Positions 47,505 to 59,720 of a stretch of DNA of 64,000 bases are shown one piece after another. Location: assembly GCA_946965045.2 (NCBI GenBank), contig OX337240.1, forward strand, positions 3,162,001 to 3,226,000. Reading direction: 5' to 3'. A program made the position numbers and the translations under genes. Origin of the DNA: Epithemia pelagica. Its lineage: Eukaryota > Protista > Bacillariophyta. Numbering within the stretch: position 1 is the first letter of the stretch; each line of letters begins with the position of its first letter. The notes beneath the pieces were generated by a model. That model searched no databases and was not told where the DNA came from. It saw nothing but the letters and a program-made list of their open reading frames with translations.

Positions 47505-50500
47505 CTAATAATATAGATCAGACTTGCCTTTTCGCTTCTGTGTTACTGATCGTGACAGTAGAAGATGCAGTTTGGTCTCTCCTATTCTTCTCCTTTGTTG
47601 TTTTTTACTCATGAAACGGAGAGTTTCCAACGGTACACGACCCCATGCTGTCTCTGGAAATACAGGGACCGGTCTGTAGAGACCACGATGTTCCTCTTTT
47701 GACACGCCAACTTCTTCAACTGAACCATCATGTACATTGGTGTACGTAATTGAAGCAATATCTCCGTTGCACAAAGGGCAACTCTCGTTCATTTCAGGAG
47801 GTGTCGATTTCTGTTTCCCCATAGGAACTTGTTTTTCGGTGGTAAGGACTTGACCAAGACACACCCGACAAAACTTGTGCCCGCATCTCTCGATCCGACA
47901 GTCGTTAGGACGCTGTCCATGGCATATGGCACAATATTGTTCGGAGTCTTCATCATATTCATCTAGGACGATTGTCTTGTCTTTCTTCGCGATTAATTCT
48001 GTCTCATGTAGATCGTGTGGTATTAGCTCAGCATGCATATGACCGCATATGGAACAAAATCGATTCTTCATCGAATTCCGGATGAAAGTACATGTTGGAC
48101 AATGATAATGAGGACAGTTGGAGGTTTCTTGCCTTGTCCAACTCACGATAGAAAAGGTCTGACTTCTATCCAGATCCTTTTTAAGCAATGAAGTCCCACA
48201 AGTGGAACAGAGTGCCTCTTTCTGATCTTCATCGTTCAATGTTCGTACCAGATCCAAAAATCGCCGATCTTCGTGAAGTCGTTCGAGCGCCTTGTCCGCT
48301 TCTGTAATCTCTTGTATCACTTTAATGTCCTCGAATCGTTCATCGTCGGAATCCAGCATATCTTCCATTACCTCCCCTCGATCTTTCCCTTCCATTATAA
48401 ACCGGCGACTGCGTTTGATCCTTGGACGTGTATCGTCATTAACGTCCTTGAAACATACACGCAGAGTCGAATCACGTTTCGCTTTATTGATAGCCGTACT
48501 CACGATATGATTGCAGGCCTTGTGACATTCTCGCCTACACGATGGCAATTCTTGAGCCCATTTCCCCATCATCTGATCACAGGACATATTAGGGGACGCC
48601 TTTGACAGGATCTCGTCGATCACACATATGATTGATACTTGGGGAAGCGTACACGCACTTGGTGCCACCGGATTCGGATACTTCTTATAAATGAATCTCC
48701 AGTCACATCCAACGAGCTCTTCCTTTATATCAACGCTCAAGAATGATTGGATTTTCTTTTCGTCGTCCAATAGCCTTAGTTTCCGTAGACATCGAATCAC
48801 TGTAGGCCTCCACGAGCGAATATCCCTTGTCGATAATGGATCGAATATCAACACTTCTCTTTGATGTGCTTGTAAGAGGATTAAGACGGGATCAAAAGCT
48901 TCATACTTGGTAGTGACGACGACCAATGTAGTATCGGAAGATGACGAACTCAAATCCATTGCAGTCGTTGTGTCCATTCTCAGACTATCTTCGTCAATTT
49001 GCTCAAAGCAAACGGACTTGTTGTGCCATTTATGAACCACCAGCACAAGCATCGACCTGAATATGAGGGGAGGGATCCCCTTAAACTCAGTCGTCTCTTG
49101 AGTATTCGTCCGTAGCAAAAGGTTTCGTCTGTACTGGCGATGTGGGACAAAAAGGACGTCCATTTTCCCATTGTCATGTTGTAGAGAACCATTCTTGTTG
49201 GTACAGCAAGCACAGGTAAAGACAAATCGCAAAACAACTTCATGGATGCTTCCCTTACGTCGAACGGCACTTTCTTTACAGAGATCCCAAGCTTCATTGA
49301 TCGCTGACATCGACTGTTTGAGGGACCAGTTAGCCATATGAATCAAACGGTCGTTAGTGAAAGATGCAAGGTCGTCTGATGGACCAGGTTTATTCTTGAG
49401 AGGAGGTGGTTTCTTTGGTATTCCTTTAGGTTTGTCGCTACCGTGGTCGACATGTGATTTACTTTCCAACAGACCCACCTTTGATTGAGAGGAAGTTTTT
49501 TTTGTCGTCGCTTGTTTTCCTTTTTGTGGTTTCTTTTTCAATGCAAGAGTATCAAAAATGGAACTCCGATCCTCCTCAGTCGCTGACAGAGACTGAGATG
49601 GTGATTTGCTCTCGTTATTTGAAACAGTGAAAATGGTAGAACTTGTTGCACCATCACATCTACTGTCTGACGCTCGTTTACGGCGTTTCCTGTCTTGAGA
49701 TCGTTGTTCATGTCGCCCCTTCTGATACTCCTTCGTCTTTGTAGCGTATTCCCGTTCCATCGTCTGGTAATATGAAATTAGAACCGCCAAATTGGAATAG
49801 TCGTTCGCGGGATACTTAGCAGCTCTTGGTATGTCAAAATAAGGACGAAACCAGCAATCAGGAAGTGTAAGGGCTAATGCTTTTTCAACATCGACTCCTT
49901 CCATTTCATAGGAGTCAGATTCCAATACCCGATAGACAGCTGCCATATGTTGAACGCTCCAAACCATTTCTCGGACTGCTATTGTTCTGTCTTTCCGAAA
50001 CTTCGATCTATCAGACGTCATGTAGTCCAATATTTTTGCAGCCACGACATTAAGCCGTCTCTCCATCGAATACGAGTTGAGGACAATATCAGCGAGCATA
50101 GGATGGGCTCCAAGAAACACCTTGAGGGATCGAGTAAAGCTTGCGCTCGACTTTGATCTTGTCGTTGACGGGAATTCCTTGTCCCACAGACGAAGTGCGT
50201 CTCCATATAGAGTTTGTTCGAATAGGTCGATTCCTGGTGAAATAAAACTACCAGCTCCGTCACTCTTGTTTCCCTCTTGTTGTTCTTCGATCGTCTCTAC
50301 AAGTCTCAGTATCTTCGGGAAACAAACAGCAGCATGCGAGGCGATATCACTGAAAATACTTGATCCACAGCGCAAGAGGGATACGAATATGGTTTCACCT
50401 CCATATGTAGTGGAGAAATCTGTCCAATTATCAGTGTTGGAATAAACAGAACGATACCACTCGATTGTATATTCATAACATATCAAGTCTGGGAAATATC

Positions 50501-50528
50501 GATCGGAATCTTCTACCGAATCAGCCAT
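47505..50528 (-). CDS. 1007-aa protein with two C-terminal RING-like fingers
   Basis: CSTCG...CPHYHCPTC...CSIC and CAICH...CGHKFCRVCL...CPLC; central VLILLQAHQREVLIFDPL only weakly resembles Ulp1-type peptidases. Confidence 0.7.
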   Translation of the reverse strand: MADSVEDSDRYFPDLICYEYTIEWYRSVYSNTDNWTDFSTTYGGETIFVSLLRCGSSIFSDIASHAAVCFPKILRLVETIEEQQEGNKSDGAGSFISPGIDLFEQTLYGDALRLWDKEFPSTTRSKSSASFTRSLKVFLGAHPMLADIVLNSYSMERRLNVVAAKILDYMTSDRSKFRKDRTIAVREMVWSVQHMAAVYRVLESDSYEMEGVDVEKALALTLPDCWFRPYFDIPRAAKYPANDYSNLAVLISYYQTMEREYATKTKEYQKGRHEQRSQDRKRRKRASDSRCDGATSSTIFTVSNNESKSPSQSLSATEEDRSSIFDTLALKKKPQKGKQATTKKTSSQSKVGLLESKSHVDHGSDKPKGIPKKPPPLKNKPGPSDDLASFTNDRLIHMANWSLKQSMSAINEAWDLCKESAVRRKGSIHEVVLRFVFTCACCTNKNGSLQHDNGKMDVLFVPHRQYRRNLLLRTNTQETTEFKGIPPLIFRSMLVLVVHKWHNKSVCFEQIDEDSLRMDTTTAMDLSSSSSDTTLVVVTTKYEAFDPVLILLQAHQREVLIFDPLSTRDIRSWRPTVIRCLRKLRLLDDEKKIQSFLSVDIKEELVGCDWRFIYKKYPNPVAPSACTLPQVSIICVIDEILSKASPNMSCDQMMGKWAQELPSCRRECHKACNHIVSTAINKAKRDSTLRVCFKDVNDDTRPRIKRSRRFIMEGKDRGEVMEDMLDSDDERFEDIKVIQEITEADKALERLHEDRRFLDLVRTLNDEDQKEALCSTCGTSLLKKDLDRSQTFSIVSWTRQETSNCPHYHCPTCTFIRNSMKNRFCSICGHMHAELIPHDLHETELIAKKDKTIVLDEYDEDSEQYCAICHGQRPNDCRIERCGHKFCRVCLGQVLTTEKQVPMGKQKSTPPEMNESCPLCNGDIASITYTNVHDGSVEEVGVSKEEHRGLYRPVPVFPETAWGRVPLETLRFMSKKQQRRRIGETKLHLLLSRSVTQKRKGKSDLYY

Positions 50529-50639
50529 ATTAACGTGCGATTCAATCAGCTTGGGGAAGAAACGAGGAGAAATTTTCTTTCGATGCAGGGTTCCGATGCA
50601 ACTTGATACTACCGTTTCTCAAGCTTGCGTGATGGAAAC

Positions 50640-53600
50640 CCTGGAGGGTCTTGGTCGATAGGGATGGAGGAGTGAGGGATATGGGTGTACCAACTTGATG
50701 TCTCGGTCCTTCCAGTCAAGAATCAGTAGCAAATACAACAATCCAATAGGGTCTTGGTCGATAGAGATAGAAGATAGAAGTATGGGGGCGCAACAACTTG
50801 GTGTCTCGGCCCTTCAACAGAACCACCAATCAAGATATAGCAATCCAATGGAGTCTTCTTGGTCGATGTAGATGAAGGAGGGATGGAGAGGGGTGCACCA
50901 ACTTGGTGTCTCGGCCCTTGTTCCAATAGGGAAGGAGTAGCAACACAGCAATCCAACAAGGTCTTGGTCGATGGTGATGGAGGAGTGAAAATCGGGTGCA
51001 CCAACTTGGTGTCTTGATCCTTGTTCCAATCGAGAAGGAGTGGCAACACAGCAATCCAACAGGGTCAAGGTCGATGGAGATGGAGGGGTGAAGGAAATGG
51101 GTGCACCAACTTGGTGTCTCGGCCCTTATTCCAATCAGGAAGGAGTAGCAACACAGCAATCCAACAGGGTCAAGGTCGATGGAGATGGAGGGGTGAAGGA
51201 AATGGGTGCACCAACTTGGTGTCTCGGCCCTTGCTCCAATCGGGAAGGAGTAGCAACACGGCAATCCAACACGGTCTTGGTCGATGGAGATGGAGGGGTG
51301 AAGGAAATGGGTGCACCAACTTGGTGTCTCAGCCCTTGTTCCAATTGAGAAGGAGTAGCAACACAGCAATCCAACGGGGTCTTGGTCGATGGAAATGGAG
51401 GGGTGAAGGAAATGGGTGCACCAACTTGGTGTCTCAGCCCTTGTTCTAATCAAGAAGGAGTAGCAACACAGCAATCCAACGGGGTCTTGGTCGATGGAAA
51501 TGGAGGGGTGAAGGAAATGGGTGCACCAACTTGGTGTCTCGGCCCTTATTCCAATCAGGAAGGAGTAGCAACACAGCAATCCAACAGGGTCAAGGTCGAT
51601 GGAGATGGAGGGGTGAAGGAAATGGGTGCACCAACTTGGTGTCTCAGCCCTTGTTCCAATCGGGAAGGAGTAGCAACACAGCAATCCAACAGGGTCTTGG
51701 TTCATGGAAATGGAGGGGTGAGGGAAATGGGTGCACCAACTTGGTGTCTCGGCCCTTGTTCCAATTGAGAAGGAGTAGCAACACAGCAATCCAACAGGGT
51801 CTTGGTCGATGGAGATGGAGGGGTGAAGGAAGAGGGTGCACCAACTTGGTGTCTCAGCCCTTGTTCCAATCGGGAATGAGTAGCAACACAGCAATCCAAC
51901 AGGGTCTTGGTTGATGGAAATGGAGGGGTGAAGGAAATGGGTGCACCAACTTGGTGTCTCGGCCCTTGTTCCAATCGAAAAGGAGTAGCAACACAGCAAT
52001 CCAACAGGGTTTTAATCGATGGAAATGGAGGGGTGAAGGAAATGGGTGCACCAACTTGGTGTCTCGGCCCTTGCTCCAATTGAGAAGGGGTAGCAACACA
52101 GCAATCCAACAGGGTCTTGGTCGATGGAGATGGAGGGGTGAAGGAAGAGGGTGCACCAACTTGGTGTCTCAGCCCTTGTTCCAATCGGGAAGGAGTAGCA
52201 ACACAGCAATCCAACAGGGTCTTGGTTCATGGAAATGGAGGGGTGAGGGAAATGGGTGCACCAACTTGGTGTCTCGGCCCTTGTTCCAATTGAGAAGGAG
52301 TAGCAACACAGCAATCCAACAGGGTCAAGGTCGATGGAGATGGAGGGGTGAAGGAAATGGGTGCACCAACTTGGTGTCTCGGCCCTTATTCCAATCAGGA
52401 AGGAGTAGCAACACAGCAATCCAACAGGGTCAAGGTCGATGGAGATGGAGGGGTGAAGGAAATGGGTGCACCAACTTGGTGTCTCGGCCCTTGCTCCAAT
52501 CGGGAAGGAGTAGCAACACAGCAATCCAACAGGGTCAAGGTCGATGGAGATGGAGGGGTGAAGGAAATGGGTGCACCAACTTGGTGTCTCGGCCCTTGCT
52601 CCAATCGGGAAGGAGTAGCAACACGGCAATCCAACACGGTCTTGGTCGATGGAGATGGAGGGGTGAAGGAAATGGGTGCACCAACTTGGTGTCTCAGCCC
52701 TTGTTCCAATTGAGAAGGAGTAGCAACACAGCAATCCAACGGGGTCTTGGTCGATGGAAATGGAGGGGTGAAGGAAATGGGTGCACCAACTTGGTGTCTC
52801 AGCCCTTGTTCTAATCAAGAAGGAGTAGCAACACAGCAATCCAACGGGGTCTTGGTCGATGGAAATGGAGGGGTGAAGGAAATGGGTGCACCAACTTGGT
52901 GTCTCGGCCCTTATTCCAATCAGGAAGGAGTAGCAACACAGCAATCCAACAGGGTCAAGGTCGATGGAGATGGAGGGGTGAAGGAAATGGGTGCACCAAC
53001 TTGGTGTCTCAGCCCTTGTTCCAATCGGGAAGGAGTAGCAACACAGCAATCCAACAGGGTCTTGGTTCATGGAAATGGAGGGGTGAGGGAAATGGGTGCA
53101 CCAACTTGGTGTCTCGGCCCTTGTTCCAATTGAGAAGGAGTAGCAACACAGCAATCCAACAGGGTTTTAATCGATGGAAATGGAGGGGTGAAGGAAATGG
53201 GTGCACCAACTTGGTGTCTCGGCCCTTGTTCCAATTGAGAAGGGGTAGCAACACAGCAATCCAACAGGGTTTTAATCGATGGAAATGGAGGGGTGAAGGA
53301 AATGGGTGCACCAACTTGGTGTCTCGGCCCTTATTCCAATCAGGAAGGAGTAGCAACACAGCAATCCAACAGGGTCAAGGTCGATGGAGATGGAGGGGTG
53401 AAGGAAATGGGTGCACCAACTTGGTGTCTCAGCCCTTGTTCCAATCGGGAAGGAGTAGCAACACAGCAATCCAACAGGGTCTTGGTTCATGGAAATGGAG
53501 GGGTGAGGGAAATGGGTGCACCAACTTGGTGTCTCGGCCCTTGTTCCAATTGAGAAGGAGTAGCAACACAGCAATCCAACAGGGTCTTGGTCGATGGAGA

Positions 53601-54130
53601 TGGAGGGGTGAAGGAAGAGGGTGCACCAACTTGGTGTCTCAGCCCTTGTTCCAATCGGGAATGAGTAGCAACACAGCAATCCAACAGGGTCTTGGTTGAT
53701 GGAAATGGAGGGGTGAAGGAAATGGGTGCACCAACTTGGTGTCTCGGCCCTTGTTCCAATCGAGAAGGAGTAGCAACACAGCAATCCAACAGGGTTTTAA
53801 TCGATGGAAATGGAGGGGTGAAGGAAATGGGTGCACCAACTTGGTGTCTCGGCTCTTGTTCCAATTGAGAAGGGGTAGCAACACAGCAATCCAACAGGGT
53901 CTTGGTCGATGGAGATGGAGGGGTGAAGGAAGAGGGTGCACCAACTTGGTGTCTTTTGCCCTTTGTTCAATAGAATCCTCACCAATCCGACCGTTCAGAT
54001 CGTTGAAAATGGTCTTCTGGGATAATAGGAGGGAAGAAGCAGCGGCAATCCAGCAATCCAACCAGTTTTGGTCGATGGAAATTGATGGGAGAATGAAATG
54101 GGTGCACCAACTTGGTGTCTTCGCCCTTTT
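50640..54130. repeat. 105-bp tandem repeat, about 33 units
   Basis: gggtgcaccaacttggtgtctc(g/a)gcccttgttccaat...gcaacacagcaatccaacagggt...gatggaggggtgaaggaaat; duplicated blocks at 1365-bp offset; degenerate at both edges. Confidence 0.95.
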
Positions 54131-54377
54131 TCAAACAGAACCACCAATCCAGTCGTTCAAAGCGTTGAAAATTGTCTTGTGGGATGATAGGAGGGAAGAA
54201 ATAGTTGCCAAACAGCAATCACATGGTTGGGTTTTCATGGAAACAGAAGAAAATGATTAGTGGGCATATAGGAAAACGACAAAACGAACTCTCACTGTTG
54301 TCTTGTCGACTTGGCTTACCTAGCACCTTTCCAATTTGAAAAAGGAAATGATTCTCTTTGTGTTCGCCTGTTTGTTG

Positions 54378-54436
54378 TAGCTGTTGTTGTTGTTGTTGCT
54401 GTTGTGTTGTTGTTGTTGTTGTTGTTGCTGCTGCTG
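54378..54436 (+). repeat. GTT/GCT microsatellite
   Basis: gctgttgttgttgttgttgctgttgtgttgttgttgttgttgttgttgctgctgctg. Confidence 0.85.
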
Positions 54437-54735
54437 TGTGTTTTTTGGGGCGTTGGGGGTTGGTGTGAGTTGGATGAGGCACTCTATGACACTATCGTCA
54501 AAAAGTGATCACAAAAGTGGGAGAGTATATCTTTTGTGTGGTTGTTGTGTGAGAAAAATCTAATTTTCAGCGTTCTTCTGTGATTTTGTGTCCATTGTTC
54601 TTCGTATGTCACTGTGACGTGATTTGGTGGTGGAGGAGAAATTTGTGGGTCGCTTTTGGAGTTTACGTGCGACTGGAATACTAGGTGATATATGTGTAGC
54701 TAGTAGTTAGGTATCTAGGCAAAGGTTAGGCTCTG

Positions 54736-54916
54736 TGCACGCGTTTCCACATACAATAAACATGCTCACGCGGGTGTCAACACGTTTCACGCGTTGTCTA
54801 CACGTTTCACGCGCATTCACGCGCAATCTGGAGCGCCACGCGCTTCGTACGCGCCAAATGCGCGTGATCCGTGTTCTGGGGGTGCTGCACGCGCCTATTG
54901 GGCGTGTGTCACGCGC
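54736..54916. repeat. Subterminal CACGCG repeat cluster of the Plavaka-like element
   Basis: About 8 CACGCG copies within 180 bp of right subterminal DNA; ACGCG also at 31790-31830 near the left TIR. Confidence 0.75.
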
Positions 54917-54964
54917 CTGTTGGTGGAATTCCAGTCACTTATCTTCAAAAAACCTCCTTAGACG

Positions 54965-55278
54965 CGGGGAGTCAGGAATAATGGTAGCTTCCTCGTCTTG
55001 CTCGTAGTCCTCAGCAAAGTACTGGTCAGGTGAGTATTGGGAGGTAGTTGCACGAAGTCCTGGTCCAGCTTGAGGTCCTGGAATAGGAGAGGGTTGATGA
55101 CCCTAGCCTTAGCCAGGCTGGCCCTGTTGTTGGGTTGGGTAGCTTTGTCCTCTAACTCTTGTTTGTTGGTGTAGCTCAATCTGTACTCAATGTAGATGGG
55201 TAAGTATGATCTCCAATGCGACTGCAGGGCAATGAGCGATGAGACTGTTAATCTGATAAACTTCTCTCGATTCAACAG
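54965..55278 (-). repeat. Putative LTR shared by the two CoDi-like copies (about 320 bp including 31764-31773)
   Basis: Minus strand begins TGTTGAA (55278) and ends ...TTCAAC(T); 54967-55105 recurs at 59582-59720. Confidence 0.55.
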
Positions 55279-58200
55279 GGGTTAGACAGATAGGTAGGAT
55301 AGGTAAAAGGCTCGCTGAGCCGACAATCGAATCACCAACCGATACAACAATCCTCCACGGGTCAGAGAAGAGTTGCAAGTCGAAGTCCGCCGTGGGTGGG
55401 GGCAGTCGGTCCACTGATAAGAGGTTAGTCTTAAGATGAGTTTTAAATGGTGATATTAATGATTGTGAGACGATTACTAACTAAGGTGGTTGATGGTGCC
55501 GAAGTCCTGGCTCTTGTATACGGCCATGGATCTGGTGTGATAGGTCCTCACTGGTTGGAGTAGACCGGCATTGGTGTATATTGAATGTATAGGGTGATGG
55601 ATAACATGTATGGGATGCAACAGCTCTTGCTTTGTCGTGGTTTAAGTCTTGTGCTGGGCGCGTTGCTGTTTGCATTCTTGGATTTGTGGGAACAGAGATA
55701 TGGTCTCGCGTGATCGTGATTCGTGCTTTGATAACATAGACCGTTAGGTCGAATCGTGGATGTGCGTACTCGGATAGTCAAGGCGCGCATTCGATGGTTT
55801 TGGGCGCGCACGTGTTGGGCCATAGTTAATATCCAGGCGGTCGCCGATAACACGTGCAATGCGAGCATGCCATGGCCAAATTTATAGTTTCGCGAGCATG
55901 CCGACATTCCTTCCTCACTTTTAGGAAAATGTCATCGGATGTCATAAAATACTAGCATCATTCGATGAGTTGTAGGTTTCGCCACCTAGTTTTCGGTGAG
56001 AATCCTAACACTCCCCACAATTTGTCGAATGAGGATTGTTATTTTCCTTGTCATGCTTCTGAACGTTTCCTCCCCAGAAGAATATGATCTTGAACATGGT
56101 CCATACTTTCGAGAATTTCCAATGCTTGTTGAGAATGTCTCCTGGATGTTCTCATAGTCATCATTCTTGAGTTGGTAGGTCTTGTCGATGCCCTTTGAGC
56201 TATGCTCCCCAGGTGCCTTCTTCATCCAAACATTGGGATCTGCTTTAGTTGGTGACAAATCCATATCAATTGGGGTGTCAAAGAAACAGTCACGCCGACA
56301 TGCTCCTGAAGATTTTAATCCCTTGGAGGCCTTGTGCGTAATCAAGATGTGACCTGATTCCTTGAGTTCTTGTCTTGCAACTATCAAGATCTTCTCTCCA
56401 GATAAAGCTTCCAGGTCGTGCGCATTTCCAACTTTTGCTCCCCATATATCCACATCATTGAGAATCCCAAGACAGGTGGTTGTATGGAAGTTGTGAATGG
56501 AAGTAGTACACAAAAAGATTACCTCAACCAGTTCTTTGGTAAAAGCCTCGTCTGTGATGAGAAGTGCTGGGCAACTATCATCATGGTTTACAAGATGGAT
56601 TCGAATCTTGTTCTTCTGATACTCTTCTGGTGATGCATTTATCATTTCCCTTCTTTTGAACTGAGCTTGAACGCAATCCTTGATTTTTGTGAGGGATTGG
56701 ATCTGTGAAACCTGAAAGAGCTCAACTTCGGTAGTGTCGTGCCACTTTCTTTTACCATGTTGCTTGTCTAACAAAACAACTAATTCTTCATTTGTCTTTG
56801 AAACTTGATAACCAAACTTGTACTTGATGGAACGACAGACTTGCTTGATTCTTGACTGCTGTTTGGCAGCTTGAACAAGGCATTTACTGGTCTTGACAAA
56901 ATGCTTGAGATGTTTCCATCCAAGTTCATTCAATAGATCATGTTTCTTGGCATAGGCATCATTTACCACGAGTGACGGAGGCTCATAGATCATCGCCCCA
57001 GTCTCCCAATCAACAAGTATATTACAGTGACTTCTTTTGTAGTCAGGATTGTTGCTAATACTTGACGGTTCTTGATCTGCAACAACGTCTCTGAACTGGA
57101 AAACGTCATCTTCAGTTGCCTGTGCTTGGTTGTCCTGTTTGATGTATTCCATATGTTGACGGTATGAAATTATCTTGTCAATGTCGGAAATGGATTTGCA
57201 GAAAGTGTACTTGATATAGTCTTTTTGCTTGAGAGCATCTTGTTCTAAATCAACGATGCATCTGATAAGACATGGTTGTGGTTGCTCCCCATTATATGGT
57301 TGTCGTTGCTCCCCATTTTCCTCTGGATCATAAACAAGGAAAGGTTGTCCAATAGTGTTATCACATTTGATCATAGGCATTTGCGTGGATGAATCTTCAC
57401 CTTTGCTACAAATGAAAATGGGTTTATTTGGAAGCTACTCCTCTCCTGAAGAGGTATCCACACAAAGGTTGCTGGGTGGCGTGGGTGCATCATGAAGAAT
57501 GGCAGAGTAACAAAGGGTTTGAGTGTCCAGAGACAAAGTATCACCAATAGAAGGGGCAAAAACAAGCCAGTAGCCAAGTGTCGTGACAAAAGAGGGAGGG
57601 TAGGGACGGTAGGGACGGTAGGGACGGTGGGAGAGGGCATATGATTCGGTAAAGTAGGGGGCCTTGTCCCAGATAAGGAAGAAAAGTGGGTGGGTAATGC
57701 CGGGTGGGCGACCATTGAGGATCTCAAGAGGGATATGGCCCGAAACGGTCACGGCATATGTTGTCCTCTTAACGGTCTGGTAACGGTTCTCAGCCATGTT
57801 CTGATCTTGGAGGTATGGTTTGGAACAGTATTCTCCAAGCAGGGGTGTGAAGAAGGAAGGCGTATCAGGTCCATGATCGTAAGGTAAATCCAAGAGAAGG
57901 TTGAGGTTACAGACAACACGATTGGTATACTTCCCAAAAGCATCATGCGGATTGTTGCCATCATTTTCAACAGTCCTTGAAGAAGGTGCCGTATCTTGCA
58001 TGGGATCAAGATACCAATGATTATAGCCAGTCAATTGATTGTCACCGGAGAAAGTAGACATGCGAGAGAGCAGATGTCGAGATATCTCAACTTTCTGTTT
58101 ACAGTTGTTGTTCTCGAGACAATCATTAGGGATGGATGTTGCCTTGATATTGGACACCAAATTAGCAAGATCAGATGTTGGATGATTGACATCAATATTG

Positions 58201-59720
58201 GTCACAACTTGTGGAACCAACCGGGTAATCAGATCAAAGAAATTATCTTGATGGTCTTGGGAATCATCTTGAATCATGTCGTCAATCCATGCACGACCAG
58301 GGTCGGGATCAGGTTCCGGCTCAATGTCAAGAGTATGCGTCTGTTCCATGCATGCAGTTGTTGATGACAGATTCTGGGTAGACTTGTTGTACGCAATGAT
58401 TACTTGACGACTATTGTCGTTGAGTTTACTCCACAGATCTCTTGGAAGACTGATCTTTGGACGAAGCGAAGATGATTTCTTGGTCTTCACGTTAGTTCTC
58501 TTAATCATGCGGTGTTTTTCTTTGGGTGATAGATCTTTGATATCAAAATCTTGATCATATTGAAAGTCGCATTGCTTGGTATGCTTAAGTCGGTTAGACT
58601 TTGGTGCTCGAGTTGCTTGGTCATGATCATATGCGGCATCAAGGAGAAGACGGAAATATGATTGATAACAAAGTGTCTTTGCACCAGACAAGATGTTGAC
58701 TTGTCGTAAATCAGGTACCTTTTCAACGGCTTTCATCAGGAAGGTCATCCTAGTGGAGTGGCCAGGAATGTGATCAAACATTGATCCCAGATTGTCGAGA
58801 AGATGGAATTGGTGTTGAAAGTGGAGAAGAAACTGATAGGTTGTGCCGTGCCATGAATCATCGAGACAAAGATTGGAGATGTAGTTGTTAAGACGTAGCA
58901 CCTCTCTTTTTGCTAAACAAAATGACGAAATGCAACCTTGGTTCAGACGGAGCTTGGTGAAGTCTGCATTGATTCTCCAATGATCATAATTGGCCTTGGT
59001 GAGGTTCAACCAGGTAGAGCGAGGTAAATCAGACTGCTGCAGGGTTGAGTTTGTTCTCGTGACCAATGTGCTAGGATCTTCAGTTGATGCCTTGTAAATG
59101 TCTTCAGATCCATCGTCTTGTTCCCATACTTGTATTGTCCAAGGTCCTTGATATTCTTTTCTGGATTGACTGCAAGATAGTCGATGACATTCAGAATGTG
59201 TTCGAAACCACTATGTTTTATCCATTGATGAAGGGCTTGAGCTCGTTCTTCATCACATTCAAATAGATGCTGGGTGATATGATTGAACACTTGTGTATCT
59301 GATATGTCAGGCGGTACTGAGTCGTCAGAAGGAAGAGAAGGTGTCTTGGGGTATGTTGGATCCATGGTAGTATATGGTTGGTTCGTTGTTTATTTAATGT
59401 GTGGTGTGATCTGAACCCAGATGTACCACGTGTGTGCCACGTATATCAGTACCCGGATGTGTGTTGTGCTGGGAACCCGGATGTGTGGAACTCGGTTTTG
59501 TCTCTGGTTTGTTGTGGAAACTACTTAAAGATACTTATCCTTGGTCACTTTCGGACTTGTTGCGGTGATCGAGTTGAACCGGGGAGTCAGGAATAATGGT
59601 AGCTTCCTCGTCTTGCTCGTAGTCCTCAGCAAAGTACTGGTCAGGTGAGTATTGGGAGGTAGTTGCACGAAGTCCTGGTCCAGCTTGAGGTCCTGGAATA
59701 GGAGAGGGTTGATGACCCTA
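55279..59720 (-). mobile_element. Degenerate CoDi-like retroelement, copy 2; LTR truncated by the helicase element at CCCTA
   Basis: ORFs 59006-59365, 57435-59066 (gag and integrase remnant) and 55986-57380; no intact RT or RNase H. Confidence 0.7.

Larger units (their letters stand above)
31774..54964 (+). mobile_element. Plavaka/CACTA-like DNA transposon, 23.2 kb, with cargo
   Basis: TIR CGTCTAAGG (31774) / CCTTAGACG (54956-54964) flanked by CG on both sides. The empty site GAGTTGAAC-CG-GGGAGTCAG is present at 59571-59590. Confidence 0.85.

Noticed and set aside
40627-54130. CRISPR-like interpretation of the two arrays
   Set aside because: Contiguous monomers without unique spacers, no cas genes, eukaryotic context.
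51021-54260. Plus-strand ORFs in the 105-bp array
   Set aside because: Several frames are open simply because the unit is a multiple of 3; no start or expression context.
59560-59590. GGTTCAACTC as a tRNA T-loop or primer-binding site
   Set aside because: No cloverleaf and no TGG start; better explained as the LTR terminus.
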